Source: Rhynchopus sp. YZ270_cl-10 (Eukaryota). From it: a stretch of DNA of 64,000 bases. Shown here piece by piece: positions 23,024 to 33,579 of this stretch (positions within the stretch are counted from its first letter, which is position 1; every line of letters starts with the position of its first letter). The translations under genes were made by a program, and so were the position numbers. The DNA lies in the NCBI GenBank assembly GCA_964035575.1, contig OZ037838.1, forward strand, positions 1,550,001 through 1,614,000, in the 5' to 3' direction. Below the pieces are notes generated by a model, which did not search any database, had not been told where the DNA came from, and worked only from the letters and a program-made list of their open reading frames with translations.

Positions 23024-25735
23024 ATGAAAGCGGCACTTCTCTTGGCGTGCCTGCCTGCTGTTGCTGGTGTGCTGACGGTACCACAGTGGATCAGCGACAA
23101 TGTCATTCTCCAGACAAACTTTGAGTACGGTGCGCGCGCTTTTGTTAATGGCGTGAGTGACAAGAGCCCTGTGCACGTCAGCGCGAATGGTGTGACGTAC
23201 AGCGTGCCCACTGACGCAGACGGACGCTGGATTGTGATGCTGAACCCTGGGTCGCAGGTGGACTTCTCGATTGTGATGACAAACAACGTGGACACGATCA
23301 CCGTGCACAACGCTTCCTTCGGCAACGTCTACTTCTGCAGCGGGCAGTCCAACATGGTGTTCCCGATGTCCAACACGCTCAACGCAACTGAGGAGATCGC
23401 TACACTCGCCCTGTTCCCACAGATCCACTTCTTCCAGACTGCAACCGTCACGTCGCCCACCCCCGAGGACCGCATCCCCAACGGGACCTGCCCCTCCGTG
23501 ACCTGCAACAAGTGGGTCACAGCAGCCGAGGCAGCACAGAACAAATACATCGATGGCTTCTCCGCCATGTGCTTCATGACTGTGCGAGAGGTGGCACGTC
23601 TCCACACAGGAAGCATCCCCATCGGTATTGTGCAATCCGCTGTCGGGGGCACACGTGTGGAGGCGTGGATGCCGAAGGAGGCGTTCGACCTCTGCCCCGA
23701 GGACAAGGCAGCGTTCCCTGTGAGGACTGGCGCAAACGCGGCGATGGTGCTGTACAACGCCATGGTGAACCCTTTCACGCACATGTCGGTGCGTGCAATG
23801 CTCTGGTACCAGGGTGAGGCGAACGCTGACGAAGCTCTGGTGGGTGTGGGCCGCACGGCGTTCTACGAGTGCATGTACCAGGCCATGATTGCGACGTGGC
23901 GTGACAAGAAGGGGATGGGCGACTTTGCAGTGATCACGCAGCAGCTGCCGCCGTCTGTTGTCTCCGGCACGAACACTACGAAGCAGCTTGCGACGGGACG
24001 TATGGAGATCCGCATTGCAGAGGCAGCAACACTCCCGCACACAGACGGCCTGACAGACATCTCTGGGCTTTCTATCGGGCTGGACATGGGCGGCACGTCT
24101 GCGTGGGGTGTTGACCACCCGCCGAACAAGAACGAAATGTCACGCCGCATGGCCATGCAGACTGTGCACGCTGCCTTTGCTGTGCAGGGGCGCATGCAGG
24201 TGTCTGCCGTGGGCACGTACCTTGGTGCATACGACTCGTACTGGACAGGGCCGGTGTTCGCAGGTGCGGCAGAGGACAACGGTGCAGTCCGCATCACCTT
24301 CACGGAAGGCTCTGCTGTGATGCCGAGCCTGAAGGATGTGCACGGCGTGAATGTGAACGGCACGAGTGCGGACTGCACACTGTGCTGTGCGAAACAGCCG
24401 CCGTTTGAGGTCCTCGTGAAGGGGAAGTGGATGCGTGTTTCGGTCGCTCACACAAGCTTCGACGGCTCTGATGTTGTGCTGAAACACCAGGAAGGTGTGA
24501 CGTCAGTTCGCTACGCGTGGATGGACTTTGTTGAGTGTGTTGTGGTGAACAACGACAGCTTGCCGCTGGGTCCGTTTGTGGCGAACCTGACGACCTCGTC
24601 CTCCGACAGCGTGCGTGCAGAGGAGGCTTCGGCTGCCATTGTGTCACCGCCGTTGGGATTCAACAGCTGGAACTTCTACCACTGCAACATCGACGAGAAC
24701 ATTGTGAAGCAGGTGATCGATGCAATGGTGTCGAACGGGATGAAGGCTGCGGGGTACCGCTACGTCAACATCGACGACTGCTGGCAGGTCGCACGTCTCC
24801 CCAACGGCACGCTTGTCCCCGACCCTGTCCGCTTCCCGTCTGGCATGAAGCACCTTGCGGACTACGCACACTCGAAGGGGATGAAGTTCGGTGTCTACAC
24901 TGCCGCAGCTGAGTTCACATGCCAGCACCGCCCTGGGTCGTACGGCTACGAAGTGATCGACGCCGACACCATCTGTGACTGGGGTATTGATTACCTCAAA
25001 ATCGACGAATGTGACGGCGCAAGCCACAAGAACAGCTCCGACTCGTGGACGCCGTTCCACCAGCAATTCCAGAAGTGTTTCGAGGACAAGGGGCACTACG
25101 TCGTTCAGTCCGTTGAGGCTTGCGACAGCCCCGATGGCTGCGGGTCGTGGATTTCGGGTGTGGCAAACCTCTGGCGCACTGCAAATGATGTGCAGGCAAA
25201 CTGGAACGGTGTTCTGCTGAACGCACACAAGAACAACATCATGGCTGACATCGCAACACCTGGCCACTTCAACGATGCTGACATGTTGGAGATTGGTAAC
25301 GTCGGTCTTTCATTTGATGAGCAAGTGTCACACATGTCGCTTTGGTGCATCATGTCGTCGCCGCTTCTTGCAGGGACAGACCTTGTGCACGTGTCTGCCG
25401 AAACTTTGAAGATTCTGACGAACAAAGGTGCGCTCGCAGTGAACCAGGACATTGGCGTGAACAAGCGCATCCAAGGAAAACTGGTGAGCACAACAAGCAC
25501 CACCGAGGTGTGGGCAAAGAACATGAGCGACGGCACGACAGCAGTCCTCCTTGTCAACGTGGCGGAGGAGGCTGCCGACCTGACTGTCACCTGGGATATG
25601 ATTGGTCTGCCACCGACGTCAGCCATGCATGTGCACGACCTGTGGAAGGATTCAGATCTTCCTGACGCAACAGGGAAGTTCACAGCAGCCAACGTTGCTC
25701 CGCATGCATGTGTCTTTGTCGTCCTCAAGGCGTAG
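23024..25735 (+). CDS. Secreted fusion: sialate O-acetylesterase-like (SGNH/SASA) domain + GH27 alpha-galactosidase, copy 1
   Basis: Signal peptide. SASA motifs FCSGQSNM, GGTRVEAW, WYQGEAN and DHPPNK. GH27 motifs PPLGFNSWN, IDDCW, YLKID, WRTxxD and NDADMLEIG, plus a C-terminal beta-sandwich. Confidence 0.93.
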   Translation: MKAALLLACLPAVAGVLTVPQWISDNVILQTNFEYGARAFVNGVSDKSPVHVSANGVTYSVPTDADGRWIVMLNPGSQVDFSIVMTNNVDTITVHNASFGNVYFCSGQSNMVFPMSNTLNATEEIATLALFPQIHFFQTATVTSPTPEDRIPNGTCPSVTCNKWVTAAEAAQNKYIDGFSAMCFMTVREVARLHTGSIPIGIVQSAVGGTRVEAWMPKEAFDLCPEDKAAFPVRTGANAAMVLYNAMVNPFTHMSVRAMLWYQGEANADEALVGVGRTAFYECMYQAMIATWRDKKGMGDFAVITQQLPPSVVSGTNTTKQLATGRMEIRIAEAATLPHTDGLTDISGLSIGLDMGGTSAWGVDHPPNKNEMSRRMAMQTVHAAFAVQGRMQVSAVGTYLGAYDSYWTGPVFAGAAEDNGAVRITFTEGSAVMPSLKDVHGVNVNGTSADCTLCCAKQPPFEVLVKGKWMRVSVAHTSFDGSDVVLKHQEGVTSVRYAWMDFVECVVVNNDSLPLGPFVANLTTSSSDSVRAEEASAAIVSPPLGFNSWNFYHCNIDENIVKQVIDAMVSNGMKAAGYRYVNIDDCWQVARLPNGTLVPDPVRFPSGMKHLADYAHSKGMKFGVYTAAAEFTCQHRPGSYGYEVIDADTICDWGIDYLKIDECDGASHKNSSDSWTPFHQQFQKCFEDKGHYVVQSVEACDSPDGCGSWISGVANLWRTANDVQANWNGVLLNAHKNNIMADIATPGHFNDADMLEIGNVGLSFDEQVSHMSLWCIMSSPLLAGTDLVHVSAETLKILTNKGALAVNQDIGVNKRIQGKLVSTTSTTEVWAKNMSDGTTAVLLVNVAEEAADLTVTWDMIGLPPTSAMHVHDLWKDSDLPDATGKFTAANVAPHACVFVVLKA

Positions 25736-26283
25736 GTGGGACAGAGGACAACAAACCCTCGCAAGGAAAGCCCACACCGTGCATAGGAGACTGCCTTTCG
25801 TGGAAGAACTAATTATAGCATCAAGTCTCCAACGTCTATTCTCACCTTCTCCCCTCCTCCACCCTCGCTCCTCCAACTTTTTCAACCGTTTTCATCAACA
25901 TTCTGTGTTTTGGTCGACGTGTACCCTTTTAAAAATCGTCATGTATGTGGCAGGTCTCGTGTCTAGAATTCAAATACAAAATTGATATGTGTGTAGAGGG
26001 AGTTCATCTTTGCAACTTTTACACAACTGTGGCAACACAACCGAGAACTGCACTACTCCAACAATTTGTAAAAAAAAAAACTGGGGGTGAAGGACAGTTG
26101 TGGGAAAAACGTCGCAAAAAAAAATGCTGACAATTGTTTTGGTAGGTGTCGCAAGCACATGACAAAACCCTCATGAAGCTTTGTCTGTACCTACATTTAC
26201 GTTTTTATACAGCGCATAAGAAAGTTTGAGAGTTCGGTAGGGCTGAAACAAGGATGTGTAAGCACCCCAGACTGCCCAATAAC

Positions 26284-27017
26284 CAGGCCTCAGCCTAACT
26301 CCCGGGCCTCAGCCAAAACCATCGACCCATTTGAAAAAAAAAAAAAGAGAGAGAAAAAAGTGATTTTTACTAGTGCTTCCCGAGCTTTCTCCGCTGACAA
26401 GCTAGTCACAAGAAGAAGAAGATCAAAACTCGGTCGAGCCCGGGCGCGCTTCGCGCGCCCGGGTCCCCACCCCAGCGAAAGTTGGGGGCCTCCGGCGGAA
26501 TGTGAGAGTTCCTCGGTGATCCAACGGCGAAGTTCGGCACTTCATTGATATTTGCACCAGGCACACATGGTGCACGAATTATCAGTAACCTCAGTTTTTT
26601 TACAAAAGAAATGGCGACATGTCTCCCAAAGGTTCCAGGCGAAGCCACGGTACGCAACATTTCAAAAAATTGCGCTTAAAATTGCACATTTTTACTGTCA
26701 AATTATGTCATGGGAAGGGTGTGATGCAAGCTTGCGCCGCAGGCGCACGGTACGCTACTTTTTTCCTTTCGCCATGATGCATGCTTCCTTTTCCTTCGAC
26801 GTTTGACCAATTGAGTCCGGCTCGATGGAATCTCAAAAAATTCCCCATAACCCCCCACCGGGTTGATGGTATCCCAAAAAAAAACCCTGGGTCAACCCGG
26901 TACCCATCGACCCATCGACCCGGGTACCCGGGTCGATGGGTTGATGGGTCGATGGAAAAAAAAAAAAAAAAAGGCCAAAAACATGGGTTGATGGGTCGAT
27001 GGTTAGGCTGGGGCCTG
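26284..27017. mobile_element. Non-autonomous TIR element (hAT-like MITE) A, 734 bp
   Basis: TIR CAGGCC(T/C)CAGCCTAAC; 8-bp TSD CCAATAAC at 26276-26283 and 27018-27025; empty site in the paralogous segment at ~33835-33855. Confidence 0.9.
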
Positions 27018-28237
27018 CCAATAACCGGGTCAAAATAAAAAAATAAAAAGTGGAGCTCATCCTCAGGTGTCTACACTAATACAACTTTCAAATAACAGCG
27101 ACCATTCGAAGCCACAAAAAAATCACATTATTTTTCATCGTCAGCCACACCATGATTGGGTGATCTATGAACGGGAGAGGTTTTTTTCACTCTCAGTCTC
27201 ACAGACTCTCACTTACTCTCAGCAGCGTCTCGCGGCCTGTTGTATGTATCACGGAGACGATCATAGATGACCCAAGGCTATTGTATTTTTAAAATCATGA
27301 AAGTGGAGATTGCACAAACTGTGGCAACACAACCGAGGCAACTACACTACTCCAACAGTTTAGCAAAAAAGAACAAAATGAAGTGCACTTCACGGGTGTA
27401 CACATTATTGCAAAAAAAAAGGCGAGGGAACAAATACTCACTTGCCAACCCCTTTCTCCTAGTCTACAATCATTACAGCCACCTTTGGCGTTGTGTTGTT
27501 GAGCACAGGACGTGTCATAGTGAGATACAAACGAACTCGCCCCCCCCCTTTTTTTTTGAGGATGGATATGAGAACGGATGCTGTGGGGGGGAAAGAATAA
27601 TGTGATTGTCGCAACAAATCTATTTTAAAAACAAATTGCACGCACAAAATGGGAAGCAGCACTCTCGCTTATCCTCGTTGAGTTTTCCTCTCTCTCTCTC
27701 TTTTTTTCTTTTTGTGAAAATTTTGTGAACACTCAAATTTGGGCCATCTGTGAACAGGGAGAGATTTTTTTCACTAGCTCTCAGTAAGCTCTTACGGGCT
27801 CTCACAGACTCTCACAAACTCTCACAGCTCTCACTAAGTTCTGAGGCGTTTTTTTTTGTACTTTAGTAGGTAGCTGGCAAACATGTACTCTGTGGTGGTC
27901 AAAAGTGCAAAGTTCCTTCGCCAATGGATTTATAGGGTGGACGTTATACTGGGACACTGTAACACTATTTTTACTTTGCGGGTATATCGCAATAAGATGG
28001 TGACCTAGACTCTCACCATTTGTCGGGAGTTTGGTGTGCAATACTCAATAACACACACACCCCATCTCGAATGTTGTCAAACAAAAAAGGCCCCCTTTTT
28101 CTCTCTATTCTCACCTCTGTCCCTCTTTTGCATCCCATTTCAACCAATAAACACCACCATTATCAAATGCAGGATTAGTAAAATAACCAAAAAGCCTTTT
28201 CTGGGGGTTTTCCTTCGTTTTGTATTGTACAAAAACA

Positions 28238-30949
28238 ATGAAAGCGGCACTTCTCTTGGCGTGCCTGCCTGCTGTTGCTGGTGTGCTGACGGTACCACAG
28301 TGGATCAGCGACAATGTCATTCTCCAGACAAATAAAGAGTACGGTGCACGCTCTTTTGTTAATGGCGTGAGTGACAAGAGCCCTGTGCACGTCAGCGCGA
28401 ATGGTGTGACGTACAGCGTGCCCACTGACGCAGACGGACGCTGGATTGTGATGCTGAACCCTGGGTCGCAGGTGGACTTCTCGATTGTGATGACAAACAA
28501 CGTGGACACGATCACCGTGCACAACGCTTCCTTCGGCAACGTCTACTTCTGCAGCGGGCAGTCCAACATGGTGTTCCCGATGTCCAACACGCTCAACGCA
28601 ACTGAGGAGATCGCTACACTCGCCCTGTTCCCACAGATCCACTTCTTCCAGACTGCAACCGTCACGTCGCCCACCCCCGAGGACCGCATCCCCAACGGGA
28701 CCTGCCCCTCCGTGACCTGCAACAAGTGGGTCACAGCAGCCGAGGCAGCACAGAACAAATACATCGATGGCTTCTCCGCCATGTGCTTCATGACTGTGCG
28801 AGAGGTGGCACGTCTCCACACAGGAAGCATCCCCATCGGTATTGTGCAATCCGCTGTCGGGGGCACACGTGTGGAGGCGTGGATGCCGAAGGAGGCGTTC
28901 GACCTCTGCCCCGAGGACAAGGCAGCGTTCCCTGTGAGGACTGGCGCAAACGCGGCGATGGTGCTGTACAACGCCATGGTGAACCCTTTCACGCACATGT
29001 CGGTGCGTGCAATGCTCTGGTACCAGGGTGAGGCGAACGCTGACGAAGCTCTGGTGGGTGTGGGCCGCACGGCGTTCTACGAGTGCATGTACCAGGCCAT
29101 GATTGCGACGTGGCGTGACAAGAAGGGGATGGGCGACTTTGCAGTGATCACGCAGCAGCTGCCGCCGTCTGTTGTCTCCGGCACGAACACTACGAAGCAG
29201 CTTGCGACGGGACGTATGGAGATCCGCATTGCAGAGGCAGCAACACTCCCGCACACAGACGGCCTGACAGACATCTCTGGGCTTTCTATCGGGCTGGACA
29301 TGGGCGGCACGTCTGCGTGGGGTGTTGACCACCCGCCGAACAAGAACGAAATGTCACGCCGCATGGCCATGCAGACTGTGCACGCTGCCTTTGCTGTGCA
29401 GGGGCGCATGCAGGTGTCTGCCGTGGGCACGTACCTTGGTGCATACGACTCGTACTGGACAGGGCCGGTGTTCGCAGGTGCGGCAGAGGACAACGGTGCA
29501 GTCCGCATCACCTTCACGGAAGGCTCTGCTGTGATGCCGAGCCTGAAGGATGTGCACGGCGTGAATGTGAACGGCACGAGTGCGGACTGCACACTGTGCT
29601 GTGCGAAACAGCCGCCGTTTGAGGTCCTCGTGAAGGGGAAGTGGATGCGTGTTTCGGTCGCTCACACAAGCTTCGACGGCTCTGATGTTGTGCTGAAACA
29701 CCAGGAAGGTGTGACGTCAGTTCGCTACGCGTGGATGGACTTTGTTGAGTGTGTTGTGGTGAACAACGACAGCTTGCCGCTGGGTCCGTTTGTGGCGAAC
29801 CTGACGACCTCGTCCTCCGACAGCGTGCGTGCAGAGGAGGCTTCGGCTGCCATTGTGTCACCGCCGTTGGGATTCAACAGCTGGAACTTCTACCACTGCA
29901 ACATCGACGAGAACATTGTGAAGCAGGTGATCGATGCAATGGTGTCGAACGGGATGAAGGCTGCGGGGTACCGCTACGTCAACATCGACGACTGCTGGCA
30001 GGTCGCACGTCTCCCCAACGGCACGCTTGTCCCCGACCCTGTCCGCTTCCCGTCTGGCATGAAGCACCTTGCGGACTACGCACACTCGAAGGGGATGAAG
30101 TTCGGTGTCTACACTGCCGCAGCTGAGTTCACATGCCAGCACCGCCCTGGGTCGTACGGCTACGAAGTGATCGACGCCGACACCATCTGTGACTGGGGTA
30201 TTGATTACCTCAAAATCGACCACTGTGGCGGCGCAAGCCACAAGAATAGCTCTGACTCGTGGACGCCGTTCCACCAGCAATTCCAGAAGTGTTTCGAGGA
30301 CAAGGGGCACTACGTCGTTCAGTCCGTTGAGTCTTGCGACAGCCCCGATGGCTGCGGGTCGTGGATTTCGGGTGTGGCAAACCTCTGGCGCACCGGCGGT
30401 GATGTGCAGGCAAACTGGAACTCTGTTCTGCTGAACGCACACAAGAACAACATCATGGCTGACATCGCAACACCTGGCCACTTCAACGACGCTGACATGT
30501 TGGAGATTGGTGACGTAGGCCTTTCATTCGATGAGCAAGTGTCACACATGTCGCTTTGGTGCATCATGTCGTCGCCGCTTCTTGCAGGGACAGACCTTGT
30601 GCACGCGTCTGCCGAAACTTTGAAGATTCTGACGAACAGAGGTGCGCTCGCAGTGAACCAGGACATTGGCGTGAACAACCACATCCAGGGAAAACTGGTG
30701 AGCACAACAAGCACCACCGAGGTGTGGGCAAAGAACATGAGCGACACCTCGACAGCAGTCCTCCTTGTCAACGTGGCGGAGGAGGCTGCCGACCTGACTG
30801 TCACCTGGGATATGATTGGTCTGCCACCGGCGTGGGCCATGCATGTGTACGACCTGTGGAAGGAGTTAGACCTTCCTGACGCAACAGGGAAGTTCACAGC
30901 AGCCAACGTTGCTCCGCATGCATGTGTCTTTGTCGTTATCAAGGGGTAG
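28238..30949 (+). CDS. SASA + GH27 alpha-galactosidase fusion, copy 2
   Basis: Tandem duplicate of 23024-25735 with the same MKAALL start; near-identical except in the GH27 catalytic and C-terminal part. Confidence 0.93.
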   Translation: MKAALLLACLPAVAGVLTVPQWISDNVILQTNKEYGARSFVNGVSDKSPVHVSANGVTYSVPTDADGRWIVMLNPGSQVDFSIVMTNNVDTITVHNASFGNVYFCSGQSNMVFPMSNTLNATEEIATLALFPQIHFFQTATVTSPTPEDRIPNGTCPSVTCNKWVTAAEAAQNKYIDGFSAMCFMTVREVARLHTGSIPIGIVQSAVGGTRVEAWMPKEAFDLCPEDKAAFPVRTGANAAMVLYNAMVNPFTHMSVRAMLWYQGEANADEALVGVGRTAFYECMYQAMIATWRDKKGMGDFAVITQQLPPSVVSGTNTTKQLATGRMEIRIAEAATLPHTDGLTDISGLSIGLDMGGTSAWGVDHPPNKNEMSRRMAMQTVHAAFAVQGRMQVSAVGTYLGAYDSYWTGPVFAGAAEDNGAVRITFTEGSAVMPSLKDVHGVNVNGTSADCTLCCAKQPPFEVLVKGKWMRVSVAHTSFDGSDVVLKHQEGVTSVRYAWMDFVECVVVNNDSLPLGPFVANLTTSSSDSVRAEEASAAIVSPPLGFNSWNFYHCNIDENIVKQVIDAMVSNGMKAAGYRYVNIDDCWQVARLPNGTLVPDPVRFPSGMKHLADYAHSKGMKFGVYTAAAEFTCQHRPGSYGYEVIDADTICDWGIDYLKIDHCGGASHKNSSDSWTPFHQQFQKCFEDKGHYVVQSVESCDSPDGCGSWISGVANLWRTGGDVQANWNSVLLNAHKNNIMADIATPGHFNDADMLEIGDVGLSFDEQVSHMSLWCIMSSPLLAGTDLVHASAETLKILTNRGALAVNQDIGVNNHIQGKLVSTTSTTEVWAKNMSDTSTAVLLVNVAEEAADLTVTWDMIGLPPAWAMHVYDLWKELDLPDATGKFTAANVAPHACVFVVIKG

Positions 30950-31465
30950 GTGGGACAGAGGATAACAAATCCTCGCAAGGAAATCCCACACCGTGCACAG
31001 GAGACTGCCTTTCCTGGAAAAATAAAATAAAAAGAACATCAAGCCTCCAACGTACATTCTCTCCTCCCCTCCCACCCCCGCTTCTCCGACTTTTTCAACC
31101 GTTTTCATCAACGTTCTGTGATGTGGTCGACGTGTACCCTTTATAAAATCGTTATGTATGTGGCAGGTCTCCTGTCTAGAATTCAAACCAAACAAAAAAA
31201 ATTGATATAGGTGCAGAGTCAGTGTTCATCTTTGCAACTTTTTACGGGGGTTTGTGTGTTTAAACGTGTTTCGTGTTTCCTTTTCAGGTCTCTGCAAGAT
31301 GGGCTGTGTGACCAGCGCAAACGTCATTGCCTCCTTCTGTAGAAGCGGCAACTATAAGTATGGTGCATCCTCGTGTGTCTACACTAGTAACAAGCGACCA
31401 AGTTTTCTATCAGAGTCCTAGCTTGCCTGGGTCAGTGGGTCAAGCTGACCCAAGTGCCTGGGTCG

Positions 31466-32157
31466 CAGGCCTTTTGCTAACTTTGGGATTTTCCCCCTGA
31501 ATGGCATGATGGTCAAAAAAAAATAATTTCCTGGAAAAAAAGTACATTCCGAGCTTTCCCACCTGGTGAAAGTGGTCGTCGCGCGCTTCGCGCGCGCCTC
31601 CCTGCCAGCCACAGGGTGGAGAGGCGAAGGGTCAGCTTTGCGAGATAACAAAAAAACGGAATCTAATCCTTTATTAACGGCGCTTGGTCTTGCGCCTTAT
31701 GTACACTAACCGTACAAAATCAATACGTCTTCCAGAAGCAGGGGCTGTTGCAACGGTTGGGTCACTTTGAACTAAAAATGGTCAAATTTTTGCAGCTTGG
31801 GTCAAGTTTCATTTTTGGCTGTAAAATACAAGGGAATCCCCCTAGACATTGTAAAATGACACCGTAGGCAGGAAGAAAATGGCGTACAGCGCGAGCGAAG
31901 CGAGCGGAAATTTTTTTGAGGTATACCTCCGCGAGCGCAGCGAGCAGAAAAATTTTAAGGTGCCATCATGCCATCATGCCATCATGCCATCATGCCATCA
32001 TGCCATCATGCCATCATGCCATCATGCCATCTGGGGGTGATGGACAGCGAAAGCCTTGCCCCACCACCCCCCGTGGCATGATGGTGGCATGATGGAAAAA
32101 AAAATAAAAAACGCCCAAAAACGTGGCATGATGGCATGATGGTTAGCAAAAGGCCTG
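31466..32157. mobile_element. TIR element B (692 bp), nested in C
   Basis: Perfect 16-bp TIR CAGGCCTTTTGCTAAC; flanking duplication CCTGGGTCG (9 bp); internal (GCCATCAT)n array. Confidence 0.88.
31961..32031. repeat. (TGCCATCA) ~9-copy tandem repeat
   Basis: Read directly from the sequence. Confidence 0.95.
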
Positions 32158-32925
32158 CCTGGGTCGCGACCCACGAAAAAAAAAAAAAAAGGGAATTAAT
32201 TAATTTGGAAATTGGGAAATTCTGATTTTTTCCCCTCTTTGGGGGGCCCACCACCTTTTCTGGGGTAAGAAAAAAATATCGACAAAAAAATCCGGCGCCG
32301 TCCAGGGCTGGACCCAATTTTTTTTGCCTGCGGCGCCATTTTTCCTTTTTTGCTCCGCAAAAAAGGGTTCGTAGAGTGACTCTGTGGTGTAAAAAGCTAC
32401 ATTTTTACACCGTACCCTAATTTTTTTCGCCTGCGGCGCCATTTTATATATTTTGTGTTGGGTGATCTATGAACGGGGAGTGATTTTTATGGTTATAGTA
32501 GCGTTCCACTTAACGTTGTGAGCAACTCACTAGTCGTAGTGGCCAAAATTTGTATCAGTCAAGAACTTGTCCATTTTTCTGAAATGACCCCACCACAGTG
32601 AGGGTAGAGCTCGGAAAACCCAAAAAAGCCAAGACAAGCCCCCCAAGGCCCAAAACCTCTGCTGACCCAAAAAAAAAATTCTGACCCAGATTTGGCATTT
32701 TTTTCCAAAACCAAGCTAGGACCCTGTTTTCTATTTAAAATACAGAACAAAAAAAGTTATTGGAGCACACTCTAGGGTGGCTACACTAATACAACCAAGT
32801 TTTCAAAAAAAAAAAAAAATGTGTACTTCATCCCCACCTCTGTACTTCATTGGTCCCCACCAGTGGAGTCCCCCATACAGGAGGAAGGGAGGGGGTTCGC
32901 CCTCTCCCACCATACTACACGCGAA

Positions 32926-33427
32926 TATGACTCTCCTTTTAAGGAGATATGATATGGCGATTGCTCAGGCGCGGGCTATGACGGCTGAAGCGATGACTGA
33001 GGATGAGTGGTGTGATGCGGCCGACCTGGTGTCAGCTGCATGCACTCTATCGGGGCTGATCTCGCAGCTCACGATAGAGGTGGCAGAAGAGGAAACGGCG
33101 GTGCAACCGCCACATGACGTGACACCGCGGGCCGTAGCGCTTGCGATGTTGGTGCGAGCAGCAGCAGCGACTTGCACCGAAGACGAGACACCCGGCGCCT
33201 GCTTCCCCGCAGGAGCCACAACAACAGCGACCCCCACCATGACGTGCACCACCGGTGGGAAGGTCAAGACGCCTCACAAGGCGCTGAAGAACAAGCCCCC
33301 GCCGCCGCCCCCACCCGACCGTGGGTTGACTGCAGCCAGGAAGCCAGTGCCGCCGCCGCCGCCCAATCGAGACTGGACGACGACGACCGCCATGAGCATT
33401 GCATGGAGTAACTCCGGCATCACTTAG
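32926..33427 (+). CDS. Possible small Ala/Thr/Pro-rich hypothetical protein
   Basis: GC-rich island in AT-rich DNA, open from ATG 32926, with poly-Pro motifs. No recognised family. Confidence 0.35.
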
Positions 33428-33579
33428 ACGCGTGTAGTATAGTGGAGTTCATCTTCGGGTGTCTACACTAAAACAACCAAGTTTTCAAAAATGTGACTTG
33501 TAATTTTCCCTTTATCCCCCTTATATTACCCTTTATGACCCTTTACCCCCCCCACTTCGATTTCAATCTTCCTTCACCA

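Larger units (their letters stand above)
31411..32726. mobile_element. hAT-like TIR element C, hosting element B
   Basis: TIR CAG(A/G)GTCCTAGCTTG (14/15); 8-bp TSD TTTTCTAT at 31403-31410 and 32727-32734. Confidence 0.85.

Noticed and set aside
22958..30978. Long antisense ORFs over the GH27 fusion genes (and similar ones over the TauE gene)
   Set aside because: Shadow ORFs caused by GC-rich codon bias on the sense strand.
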